A stretch of DNA of 64,000 nt from Thermoanaerobaculia bacterium (GTDB lineage Bacteria; Acidobacteriota; Thermoanaerobaculia; Multivoradales; UBA5704), in the NCBI GenBank assembly GCA_044226625.1, contig JBGAGQ010000027.1, positions 1-64,000 on the forward strand. Reading direction: 5' to 3'. The notes below the pieces were generated by a model. That model did no database searches. It worked only from the letters and a program-made list of their open reading frames with translations, and was not told the DNA's origin. Positions 22,311 to 31,653 of this stretch are shown in pieces (the stretch's first letter is position 1; the number at the start of each line of letters is the position of its first letter). Both the position numbers and the translations under genes were made by a program.

Positions 22311-25052
22311 ATGGTTCGACGCATCCCCCTCGTCGTGGCGTTCGTTTCACTCCTATTCGGTCTGATTTCGATCTCGGGCGCGTTCGGCCTGGGGCCGATC
22401 GAAACGACGTCGCCGACGGCCGATCGGGCCTTCGTGCATCCGGACCTCCACTGGGACGACCGGATCGAGCGGCTCGACCGAGTTCCGGAGCTGGCGGACT
22501 CTCCCGCGTGGCGAAGCTTTCTCGAGAGCGTTCCGGGCCCGGCGACCGTGTTCATCGACCTGCGATCGGCCACGCCAGCTACGTTGAAGGCGCCGATTCC
22601 GATCGTCCCCGGGCGCGGCATCGGCAACCGGTTGGCGCTCGCCGATGTCGAGCGGGAGCTGGGGCGACCGGTTCGCGCGGTCGACGCGGGCGTCGTCTCC
22701 GATTTGGTGACCGGATTCGTGCGCCGCAACGCCGCGGTTTTCGGAGTCGACGCGCGGCAGATCGGCACGGTGCGGGCGAGCTCGACGGCGGCCGATTCGT
22801 GGCAGGTTTCGATCGGCCAGGCGGTCGACGGGATCGCGGTCCGCGAATCGTCGATCGCCGCGACGATCCGGCAGGGGAATCTGGTCCTGTTCGGGACGAG
22901 CGATTGGGCGAACGTCGTCATCGAGACGGCGCCGCGGTGGACCGCCGCCGAGGCGCTCGAGCGCGGATTCGCGTTCGCGGGGGGACGGATCGAGGGGGAC
23001 GAGATCTGGCAGGAACCGCGGCTCGAAATCGCGCCGACCGCTCCGGAGAGCGGCTCGGAAGGGGAGTTTCGACTCGGTGCGGGCCTGCGCCACCGGTTGG
23101 TCTGGTCGTTCGGCTTTCGCCGCGTGGCGGAGCCCCACTCGTGGGAGGTGCTGGTCGATGCCACGACCGGAGAGGTGATCTCGCTCGACGACACGAACTT
23201 GTACTTCGAGTCGGTGGTCCAGGGAGGCGTTTATCCCCGCACCTCGACGGAGATCTGCCCGAATGCCGAGCACTGCGGGGCGATGACGCCGTTGCCCATG
23301 CCGTTCGCCGATGTGGCGCTCGAGGCGCCGGAGAGATATTCGGACGCGGCCGGGGGCTTCGCGCCGGACGGCACCCGGCCGTTCACCCGGCTGTTCGGCG
23401 ATTATTTCGGCGTGTTGAGCACGTGCGGCCCGCACGAGGAGTTCGGCGACGAGACCGGGATCGATCTGGGCGGAGACAACGGCGAGCATCGCTGCGAGGT
23501 CCCGCCCGGGCACACGCCGGGCGATACCCCTTCCGCGCGCACGTCCTACTACCACTTGAATCGCGCGTCCGAAGCCGCTCGCGGTTGGCTCCCGGGAAAC
23601 GATCTGGACGGCCATCACCTGCGGGCGTTCACCAGCGCGGGGGAGCGGTATGGCGAGCCCATCTCCTGCAATGCGCAGTACGACCGGTATTCGGAGACCT
23701 TCTCGTTCTTTGGCGGCAATCAATCATGCCGCGAGACCGGTGAGATCGCCGCGGCCGTGGTCCACGAGTGGGGGCACGCGCTCGACGACCTGGACGCGAA
23801 CGGGAGATTCAGCAAATCGCCCGAGTCCTATGCCGACATCGCCGCCGCGTTGCGCACGCGAAGCTCCTGCATCGGGTACGGCTTTGCGAGCTCGGCCACC
23901 TTGGTCAGCACTTGCGGCCGGGTGGCCGACGATACCGGCCCGAATCTCAGTGATTCCGGTCTCTGCATGCGCAACTGCTCGGGTTTGCGAGAGGTCGACT
24001 TCGCCGAGAAGGTCCCGGCGGGGGGCGGTCCGTCCTTGCCCAGCACGCCGGCCCTGGTCTGCAATCGATGCGACAAGGTTCGCTTCGGCGTCCGAGGGCC
24101 GTGCGGTCTCGACGGCTACTGCGATTCGACGCCCATCACCGAGGCGGTCTGGGACCTCGCGACGCGGGACCTCACCGCGTCGCCTTATGGCCTGGATGCG
24201 GAAAGCGGATTTCTGCTCGCCGACCGGCTGTTCTTCCTCGGCGCCGGGAATGTGAAGCGCTGGTACTCATGCGGCTGCCGAAACCAGATCGCCCATGGCT
24301 GCTCGGCGACCAGCGGCTACATGCAATTCCTCGCCGCGGACGACGACGACGGCTCGCTCGGCAACGGTACGCCCCACTTGGGCGCGATCCGAAGAGCATT
24401 CGGCCGGCACGCGATCGCCTGCGCGGAGCCGAGTCTGGTCGATTTCGGCTGCGGCTCCGGTCCCAAGACCGCGCCGACACTCGCGGCCTTTTCGGGCGAC
24501 GGTGAGGTCGTGCTGGTCTGGAGCAAGGTCGCGAACGCGCCCTCGTACCCGATCTTCCGCTCGGAGGGACCGGGAGCTTGCAGCCTAGGAAAAGCGAAGG
24601 TCGGCGAGACGACGGCGAACGGCTTTACCCATCGCGAGGTCGCCCCCGGCGTCGAGACCTGCTACGTCGTCGCCCCTCAGGGAGGTTTCGATGCCTGCGT
24701 GGGGCCCGCGAGCGGTTGCGCGTGCGCGACCCCCGAACGGAAGCCCTTTTCGATCTCCTGCGGCTCGAACTTTTTCACCGTCGCGCGGGGCGCCACTTCC
24801 TCGCCCGCGACCTGCACGGTGACCTCGAACGATGGCTTTTCCGGCACCGTGAGCTTCACCTGCTTTGGCTCCACGCCGGGCCTGTCGTGTGGCGCCGCGC
24901 CGGTCGTCCTGTCGGCGAACGGCACCGCGTCGACGCTGCTTCACGTCAGCGCCACGCCCTCGGCCCCGGGTGGCTCGGCGCGACTCGCCCTCCTCGGTTT
25001 CGCGGCGGGCGAATCGACCCCCGTGCTGTTGCAGGTGGTGGTCACGCAGTGA
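22311..25052 (+). CDS. Secreted zinc metallopeptidase (M4/M36-like) with propeptide and FN3/Ig-like C-terminus
   Basis: Signal peptide; VLVDATTGEVI (PepSY-like); VVHEWGH..D followed by ESYAD; GGAGG RBS. Confidence 0.8.
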   Translation: MVRRIPLVVAFVSLLFGLISISGAFGLGPIETTSPTADRAFVHPDLHWDDRIERLDRVPELADSPAWRSFLESVPGPATVFIDLRSATPATLKAPIPIVPGRGIGNRLALADVERELGRPVRAVDAGVVSDLVTGFVRRNAAVFGVDARQIGTVRASSTAADSWQVSIGQAVDGIAVRESSIAATIRQGNLVLFGTSDWANVVIETAPRWTAAEALERGFAFAGGRIEGDEIWQEPRLEIAPTAPESGSEGEFRLGAGLRHRLVWSFGFRRVAEPHSWEVLVDATTGEVISLDDTNLYFESVVQGGVYPRTSTEICPNAEHCGAMTPLPMPFADVALEAPERYSDAAGGFAPDGTRPFTRLFGDYFGVLSTCGPHEEFGDETGIDLGGDNGEHRCEVPPGHTPGDTPSARTSYYHLNRASEAARGWLPGNDLDGHHLRAFTSAGERYGEPISCNAQYDRYSETFSFFGGNQSCRETGEIAAAVVHEWGHALDDLDANGRFSKSPESYADIAAALRTRSSCIGYGFASSATLVSTCGRVADDTGPNLSDSGLCMRNCSGLREVDFAEKVPAGGGPSLPSTPALVCNRCDKVRFGVRGPCGLDGYCDSTPITEAVWDLATRDLTASPYGLDAESGFLLADRLFFLGAGNVKRWYSCGCRNQIAHGCSATSGYMQFLAADDDDGSLGNGTPHLGAIRRAFGRHAIACAEPSLVDFGCGSGPKTAPTLAAFSGDGEVVLVWSKVANAPSYPIFRSEGPGACSLGKAKVGETTANGFTHREVAPGVETCYVVAPQGGFDACVGPASGCACATPERKPFSISCGSNFFTVARGATSSPATCTVTSNDGFSGTVSFTCFGSTPGLSCGAAPVVLSANGTASTLLHVSATPSAPGGSARLALLGFAAGESTPVLLQVVVTQ

Positions 25053-25118
25053 CAGAGGGTTGAGAGTCGGTTTGCTCGACGGTGCGGCCGGATCTATGGT
25101 TCGGTTCGGGGGTGTTCC

Positions 25119-25511
25119 ATGCCCGAACCATCGATCCGGCCTTCCGCTTTTTTCCTCGCCGCTTTCAGTGGCCTCGCGGTGTTCTCGGGGGCCGCTGCCG
25201 CCCGGACGAGCTCCGCTGATCCGCCGGTACCGCTTCGGTTGGCCGAGTCGGCCTCGACGGGAGAACGCTTCAAGGACCTGGACAGCCTCGTCATCGGCCC
25301 GATGAGCGGCGTCGATCTCGACCTCGCGCTCTACCTCCCCTATCTGCCGACGCGCACGATCGGTGACTACGAGCGAATCCTCGCTTACTTGCGCGGCTTT
25401 CCCCGGGCGGTCGACCAGTCGATCGCGCTCCTCGCGCAAGGCCTCGCCGCGGGGATCACGCCGCCGCGCGTCACCCTGCGCGACGTGCCCGGCCGGGCAG
25501 GAAAGAAGTAA
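25119..25511 (+). pseudogene. Truncated DUF885-family fragment
   Basis: Signal peptide joined to DYERILAYL..FP..VDQ.I.LL.QG...GITPP, a short internal DUF885-like segment. Confidence 0.55.
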
Positions 25512-25570
25512 CGCCGTCACCGCTGGCCTCGCCTCACCAGGCAGCGTTCCCCCTTTTGGGGTTTCCTTTC

Positions 25571-26752
25571 ATGGAGGACATGGACTTGAGCCAGCGGAGA
25601 GCCGTCGTCGGTCTTCTGTTCCTTGGGTGTCTCTTCGGCGCTTCGGGGCGCGCTCGCGCGTTCGAGGTGACGAACTGTCCGCCGAAAGCGGACTCGGACG
25701 TCAAGTCGGCCGCCCGTTTCATCGAAGCGAACATGAGCGCGATCGTGGATCCGTACACGTTTCTTTCCGAAGAGCAGCGGCAGGAGGTGGTCCGCAAGTG
25801 GGTCCATCTCAACATCCACTGCAGCGACAGCGAAAAGGAATGCACCGGCGCCGGAGGCTACGCTCATGGCGGTCTCGGCAACCGGGTGAACGTCTGCTAC
25901 TACACCCTTTCGTCCGGGGGCGAGGGAGATCTCTGCGATCTGGTGCGGGTCATCATGCACGAGCAGGGTCACGCCCACGGCTTCCGAAAGGTGCCCGGCC
26001 ACAACGAGCCGACGGACTACGTCCGCGATAACGACGTGATGTATCGCATGGGCTACCTGGCGGAGGATTTCTGCGAGGCGGCGGCAGAGAGTGGCACGTT
26101 CGATGACGCGACCCTGAAAGGCGGCGGCGAACGCGGACTCGGCTCGGCTTGCACGGAGGATCTGCAGTGCAGCTCCAAGCGTTGTTCCGGCGGCTCCTGC
26201 GTCTGCGATCAAGACACGGACTGTGGGTTGGGGAAGCGCTGCTTCAAGTCCGTTTCCTCGGGCAACAACTTTTGCGGCAGCTCGGCGCTTCCCGTGGGCG
26301 CTGCCTGTACTCGGGAAGACGAATGCCTCTCCAATCAATGCGAGAGGGGGAGATGCGTCTGTCGCCACGACAGCGATTGTCCCCGGGGCCAGGAGTGCAA
26401 GACGCCGATCACCGGCAGCAACACCTGCGTGGCCGCGAGCGGCATCGGTTCGAAACCGCTCGGGTCGCTCTGCGACCGCGACGCCGATTGCCTCTCGAAC
26501 ACCTGCGAGTACTCCAAGTGCGTCTGCCACAGCGACAGCGACTGCCCGCCCGGCCAGGAGTGCTATCAGACGCTCGGCGCGTCGAACACCTGTCGCATCG
26601 TCGGCCTGACGATGGGCTCCGGTTGCTCGAAAGACAGCCAGTGCCGCTCCGGCAAATGCGAGCAGAGCGTTTGCGTCTGCCGCCACGACGACGACTGCCC
26701 CTCGGGCAAGAAGTGCAAAACGCCGATCACCGGCAAGAACCGCTGCGAGTAG
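25571..26752 (+). CDS. Secreted zinc metalloprotease-like protein with four Cys-rich repeats
   Basis: Signal peptide; HEQGHAHG motif; 4x G..C....C....C....CVC..D.DC..G..C. Confidence 0.8.
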   Translation: MEDMDLSQRRAVVGLLFLGCLFGASGRARAFEVTNCPPKADSDVKSAARFIEANMSAIVDPYTFLSEEQRQEVVRKWVHLNIHCSDSEKECTGAGGYAHGGLGNRVNVCYYTLSSGGEGDLCDLVRVIMHEQGHAHGFRKVPGHNEPTDYVRDNDVMYRMGYLAEDFCEAAAESGTFDDATLKGGGERGLGSACTEDLQCSSKRCSGGSCVCDQDTDCGLGKRCFKSVSSGNNFCGSSALPVGAACTREDECLSNQCERGRCVCRHDSDCPRGQECKTPITGSNTCVAASGIGSKPLGSLCDRDADCLSNTCEYSKCVCHSDSDCPPGQECYQTLGASNTCRIVGLTMGSGCSKDSQCRSGKCEQSVCVCRHDDDCPSGKKCKTPITGKNRCE

Positions 26753-26836
26753 GACGGACAGAGCGTAGCGTCACGGGGTATCGAGCTTCGGTCGCCGGGA
26801 TGGCGGCCGAGCTCGCGCTCCGCGTCGGCATCCGGG

Positions 26837-28312
26837 TTACGTCTTCTTCTTCCCTTTCTTCTTGCCCTTCGTCTTGTGGTGGGTGCCCGTCGTTGAGGCG
26901 GTGTGTGTGCCGATCGAGAACGGGGCGAGTGGCGTCGGCATCGAGAACGGCGCGGATGGCGTGGTCGTCGCGAGGGTGGGCGTCGTCGTCGAAGTCGTCG
27001 TGGTTGGCGTCGAGGTCGTAGTCGTGGTCGTGGTGGTCGGGGTCGTGGTGCTGGTTGTGGTGGAGGTTGCCGTAGTAGAAGTCGCCGGAGCCGAGCTCGG
27101 AAGCGGCGCCAGTGGGGCGAGCGATGGCGTCGAGGGCATCGGCGAGGAAATCGGCATCGAGGACATCGGCGTGGCCGGGTCGAATCCTTCGCGCTGCGGC
27201 GCGGTGAGCCAGCTCGCGGTGTTGGCCACGTGCTGCCAGCTCCCCTTCGTACCGCCGAACGTGGGGATCGGAGGTGGAGGAAGCGGAGGACCGACGAGAT
27301 AGTCGCCTCCTCCACCTTGGTTGTCGATCGGCGTCCGCTCCGGGCTCGGCGACCGGCCGCGCCCCGTCTCTCTCTTGTGCGATCGGAGCCGCTTCTTCAC
27401 CTGTTCGCGCTCGCCTTCCACTCTTTGGGCGAGGTGGATGCGCGCCGGATCCTTCTTGCCCACGGGGCCGACCGTGCCGATCGAGGAAAGGTTCGGTTGC
27501 ATCCCTTCGATGTAGGGGCTCTGCAAAACGTCCTGACCCGTCGGCGTGACGTCGAGGTGCCGTAGCAACAGCGCATTGGTCGCCTCGTCCGGGTCGGTCG
27601 CCGTGAGCACCGAAGAGCGCGCCTCCTCGCGCATCTAGTCGTGGGCGGGTGCCTGGCCGCGGGTGTGCGTGCTGCCGTGGCCGCCGCTCGGCTTCACCGC
27701 GAATCCGGTGTGGCCGCCGACGTCGCCGCCGCCGATCCGGAACATCTGGTGCGCGGTCGAGGTCCGCGCGCCGCTCTGGAGGCCGATCGCGGCCGGACTG
27801 CCGCTGCTCGCCACTTCGGGTCCCATGTTCGTCGGCAACAGCTCGTGCAGGCCCGAGCCGCCGGTGAGACTCGGAGTCTTGACGGCATTTTCGCGGATGT
27901 CCTCGGCGCGGGGCGTCTTGCCTTTCTCTTGAAGCTTCGCGCCCGACTCGCCCATGAAGCTCCGGGCGCCGGAGAGGAACGGCGTCACCGTCGGATCGCT
28001 CGCTTGGGTGTAAGTGTCCTCGTACTCCTCGCCGTCAACGTTCCCCGCGTGGGTCGGAGGCGTCGACGTCGAGCTCGACGCGCCGATTGCGGACCAGCTG
28101 TTGGACGAGGCGCTCCAGCGCCATCGGACGCGTTGAATCGGCGCCTCGGCGCGCGGCGGTGCGAGCGCCTCGAGTCGGTGCCCGAGCCGCTCCGCCCGCG
28201 CGAGCGCGTCGGCTGGTGCCCGATCGGAGGCGGCGACCGTGCGCGAAGCGGCCGTGGCGCTCGGGGTCTCGGCTCGCGTCGGAGCTTGGCGAAGAGAAGA
28301 GAGGCACTTCAT
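26837..28312 (-). pseudogene. PIQR-leader toxin-like protein interrupted by an in-frame TAG (27635-27637)
   Basis: ORFs 27635-28312 and 26837-27634 are in the same frame (GAC TAG ATG); leader shared with the neighbouring gene; Thr-rich and Lys-rich tail. Confidence 0.6.
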
Positions 28313-28356
28313 AGGGAAGAGTCGCCGGTGCCGGGCTCAGCTGCCGGCGCGGCATT

Positions 28357-29772
28357 TCAGTTCTTGTCGTCGTTCTCGTCGCTTTCTCCGTCGCCTTCGT
28401 CCTCCATGTCGACTTCTTCCTTCTCCTTCTCCTTCTCCTCCTTCACCTTCCTCTCCATCTCTTCCTTCTTCTTTTTCTTCTTCTCGATCAGGACCTTCGT
28501 CTTCCTCTCGACCTCTTCGATCTCCTTCGAGGTAAAGAACGATCGGCGCGGAATGACGTTGACCTTCTTCTTGTTCTTGCCCCAACCCAACGGGTCCTTC
28601 CAAGCCAGGTCGTCCGTAACGTAGAGTTCGTCATCGTCCGAGCTGTGCTCGCCCTCCGAGTCGTCCGTTGAAATCTCCTTGCGCTGCTGGTTCAAGAGCG
28701 GGTTCTGATCCTCGAACTCCTGGCGCGCGGTCGCGGCGCTCAAGCGCCCCCGGGTGGCCTCCTCTTTTTCTTTCGGCGAGAGTTTGAGCCCGTCGACCTT
28801 TCCGTTATTCTTGATTAGTTTCTTGCGCAGCTTGGGGTCTTCGATGTGGTCGGTGGTTCCCGAGTAGAACGTTCCGAACTTGTGAGACCCCTTTTTCACC
28901 GGCGGGAAGTTGTAGCGGCATTTCTCGCATTGTTCACGAGACGATGCGCTGTAGTGCTCGTGCTTCGCCATCTCTCGGAACAGAGGCACGTTCTTCTCGA
29001 TCTTGTCGGTCACTCCTTCGGAATGGGAACCCTGCCCGAGGCGGTTGTTCACCACCTCCTCGAACGGGAGCTTCTCGTAACCCTTGGGCAAGTCGCTCGG
29101 CGGGATCGAGACGGTCGCCAGCTTGATCTTCCGGTCGTTGAATTTGAAGCGCTTGGTATAGATGTTCTTGTCGCCGACGCTCTTCTTGTCCCTCCTGAGC
29201 CGGCGGATGATCCTTCGCTCGGTGCGGAATTGCGGATCTTTCGAATAGTCGACTTGGGTGCCGACGAAGGCTTTCGTCTGACGGGGCACGGGAACGAACA
29301 CGGAATCCGTCGCCTTTTTCTTGCGCGTCTTCGTTTTCGGAGCCGTCTTCTTCCTCGTCGCTTTGGCCTGTTTGATCGACTCCGCGATCGAAGGCGGTTT
29401 GACGTTCTCGTTCTTGTGCTGTTCGATCTTCCGCTGGAGCTCGTCGACGGTGAAGTGAACCGTCGTGTCGTTATGGTATTTGTGAAACCAGGCCTTGCCC
29501 GTTTCGTCCATCTCGAGGTAGGGATTCGACTGCGAGATCGACTTGAAAGGCTTCTTGTGTTCCTTGTCTTTGTCGGTCCGATAGATGGTCCGCTGAATCG
29601 GCGGGGGAGCCTGAGGCGGCGCGAGCGCCTCGAGCCGATGCCCGAGCCGCTCTGCAGCCGCCAGCGTCTCGGCGGAAGGCACGCTCGGCGGTCTCGGGCG
29701 ACGGGGCGGTACAGCGGCCGCCGGAGCCTCGGCGAGCGTCGGCGGCTGGGGACGGACAGCAAGCGATTTCAT
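28357..29772 (-). CDS. PIQR-leader putative toxin with a deaminase-like HxE/CxxC motif
   Basis: AERLGHRLEALAPP...PIQR leader; GSHSEG...SSREQCEKC; Lys/Glu-rich tail. Confidence 0.7.
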   Translation of the reverse strand: MKSLAVRPQPPTLAEAPAAAVPPRRPRPPSVPSAETLAAAERLGHRLEALAPPQAPPPIQRTIYRTDKDKEHKKPFKSISQSNPYLEMDETGKAWFHKYHNDTTVHFTVDELQRKIEQHKNENVKPPSIAESIKQAKATRKKTAPKTKTRKKKATDSVFVPVPRQTKAFVGTQVDYSKDPQFRTERRIIRRLRRDKKSVGDKNIYTKRFKFNDRKIKLATVSIPPSDLPKGYEKLPFEEVVNNRLGQGSHSEGVTDKIEKNVPLFREMAKHEHYSASSREQCEKCRYNFPPVKKGSHKFGTFYSGTTDHIEDPKLRKKLIKNNGKVDGLKLSPKEKEEATRGRLSAATARQEFEDQNPLLNQQRKEISTDDSEGEHSSDDDELYVTDDLAWKDPLGWGKNKKKVNVIPRRSFFTSKEIEEVERKTKVLIEKKKKKKEEMERKVKEEKEKEKEEVDMEDEGDGESDENDDKN

Positions 29773-29917
29773 CGTGGCTGGCGGAGACTCGGGTGCCACG
29801 AAGCATAGCCGAATCGAATCTCGCCGGGGCACGGGAGGGTGCCGCCGCGATGCGCGACCGGAATAGGGCCGCCGGTCGCTCCCCCTCGATGCGGCCGGCG
29901 GTTCGTTGATCGCCCGA

Positions 29918-31369
29918 CTAGTACGTATTCACGATGAAATAGAACGAATCGCCGAAGACCGTGCCGGTGGGAGTCTTCATACGGAACGTCCCCTGGTACT
30001 GGCTGCTGCTGCCGATCGAGCAGGTCGCCCAGATCTTGGCGGTGGTGCCGGCGGGGGTGTTCTTGGTCAAGTTGAAGCTGCCGCAGCCGGCGTTGCCGGA
30101 GATGTACTTGACGCCCCAGCTGGTGGTCCAGTTCGCGGTACCGCAGTTCTTGATGTACCAGGTCTTGGTGAGCGTCGAGTTCTTGGGCCAGGAGGCATAG
30201 TCGTACGGAGGATCTTCACTCACGTATTGCGCGCAGTTGGCCACCGCCGTGCCGATGGTCTGGAACGGATTGTTCTCGGCGAAGTACTCGTGGCTGTCGG
30301 CGTTGTTGATCGCCTTGTTCGGCGTCTTGGTCGCGAGCTTCTTGCAGGCGGTCTGGCCGTAGGCGTAGTCGTTGGTTCCGGCGACGACGGTGAAGTGGCT
30401 GGTCTCGTGGACCAAGGTCCCCGCCTTGGAGTCCGTGCCGGTCGCCGGGGCGGCGAAGAAGGCGCCGCACAGGTGCACGTGATAGGGCTGGTTCGCGTAG
30501 ACGAACGCGTAGAGCGAGTTGTCCGACGCGCAGTCGCAATCGAGCTGGAAGGTCTGGTTGGCGAACGCGTTCTTCAGATTGTTGTAGTGCGTCTGAACGG
30601 TCGAGTAACGAGAGTCGGTATAGGCGCCGAACCAGGTCTTGTAGCGCGCGTCGGTCGAGCGCGACGCCGCGGGGAGGTTGACCAGGAAGTTGTACGACTC
30701 GGTCGCGTAGTTCTGCGCGTTGGTCAGAGCGTTGCCGATCGAGGAGATGTTGCCGTTCGAGCAGTTCAGATAGGTGGGGGTGAGGGCACGACCGAGGTTC
30801 GGGCGAACCGGCGCGGCGGCGGCTTCCTGGTCGTCCGCGCTGAGGTCCTTTCCCGAGAGGGTGAGACCCAACGTCTCGGAAGCGAGGGCGTCGGCCGAGC
30901 CGATCGAGGTGATGCCCTTGCGGTAGTCCTCCCGGACGAAGTCGACGCCGAAGGCCTCGTAGCGCACGGTGTAGTTGCCCGGCTTGCGCATGTCGTAGAC
31001 CGAGGAGAGGTCGAAGGTCGCCGAAACGCTCTCGCCGGCGGGGATGCGGGCGTAGTCCGACGGCCGGGGCGCGGCTCGCTTGACCAGCTTGCCCGTGTAG
31101 GGGACGCGCTGGCCGTCGCGCTCGACGACGAAGAGGTTCCCCTCGAAGCCGGCGAGCGGCGTCTTCCACTTGAGAACGAGGATCTCGTCGGCCCCGGCGT
31201 TTTCGAGCGTGAAGGTGACGTTGACGCCATCGGCCGTGGTGAGCGCCGTCTTGTCCATCGAGATCCTGGAAACGAGCGCGGCGCCGCCGAGCGAGTCGGC
31301 CATCGCCGGGGCGGCCGCGACGGCGGCCAGGCACGCCAAGGCGACGCACCACGAGATCTGCTTACGCAT
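29918..31369 (-). CDS. M35 family (peptidyl-Lys/deuterolysin-like) metalloendopeptidase with a C-terminal NBR1-Ig-like domain
   Basis: LVHETSHF...GTNDYAYG, NADSHEYFAE; KTWYIKNCGTANW; signal peptide; GGAGG RBS. Confidence 0.92.
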   Translation of the reverse strand: MRKQISWCVALACLAAVAAAPAMADSLGGAALVSRISMDKTALTTADGVNVTFTLENAGADEILVLKWKTPLAGFEGNLFVVERDGQRVPYTGKLVKRAAPRPSDYARIPAGESVSATFDLSSVYDMRKPGNYTVRYEAFGVDFVREDYRKGITSIGSADALASETLGLTLSGKDLSADDQEAAAAPVRPNLGRALTPTYLNCSNGNISSIGNALTNAQNYATESYNFLVNLPAASRSTDARYKTWFGAYTDSRYSTVQTHYNNLKNAFANQTFQLDCDCASDNSLYAFVYANQPYHVHLCGAFFAAPATGTDSKAGTLVHETSHFTVVAGTNDYAYGQTACKKLATKTPNKAINNADSHEYFAENNPFQTIGTAVANCAQYVSEDPPYDYASWPKNSTLTKTWYIKNCGTANWTTSWGVKYISGNAGCGSFNLTKNTPAGTTAKIWATCSIGSSSQYQGTFRMKTPTGTVFGDSFYFIVNTY

Positions 31370-31653
31370 GAATGCCTCCTGTGAAGCTGTGAGATGGATC
31401 TCCCGCGTCGGTGCGGGAGTCATTTGGGACGAGAGGGGTTTCAGAAATAGGGGGGTGCTTGAAGTCGTGCGAACGTGACAGGGAGCGGCGAGCCGGTCCG
31501 GGCGCCTTTACTCCCGGGACGAAACACCCTTGCCGTAATCGGTTACGGGGGCGGACTGGATTCGGAAAGCCGGTTCGAGGAGGCGGACGGGTGTACGAAA
31601 GCCAGGTAGAGCGAGGGGGAGCGGATTGCGATCGACTACGTTGCCGCGGCCGG

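Noticed and set aside
27635-27637. Pyrrolysine or recoded TAG
   Set aside because: TAG is used as an ordinary stop by other genes here (e.g. atpF, mtnN) and no pyl genes are seen
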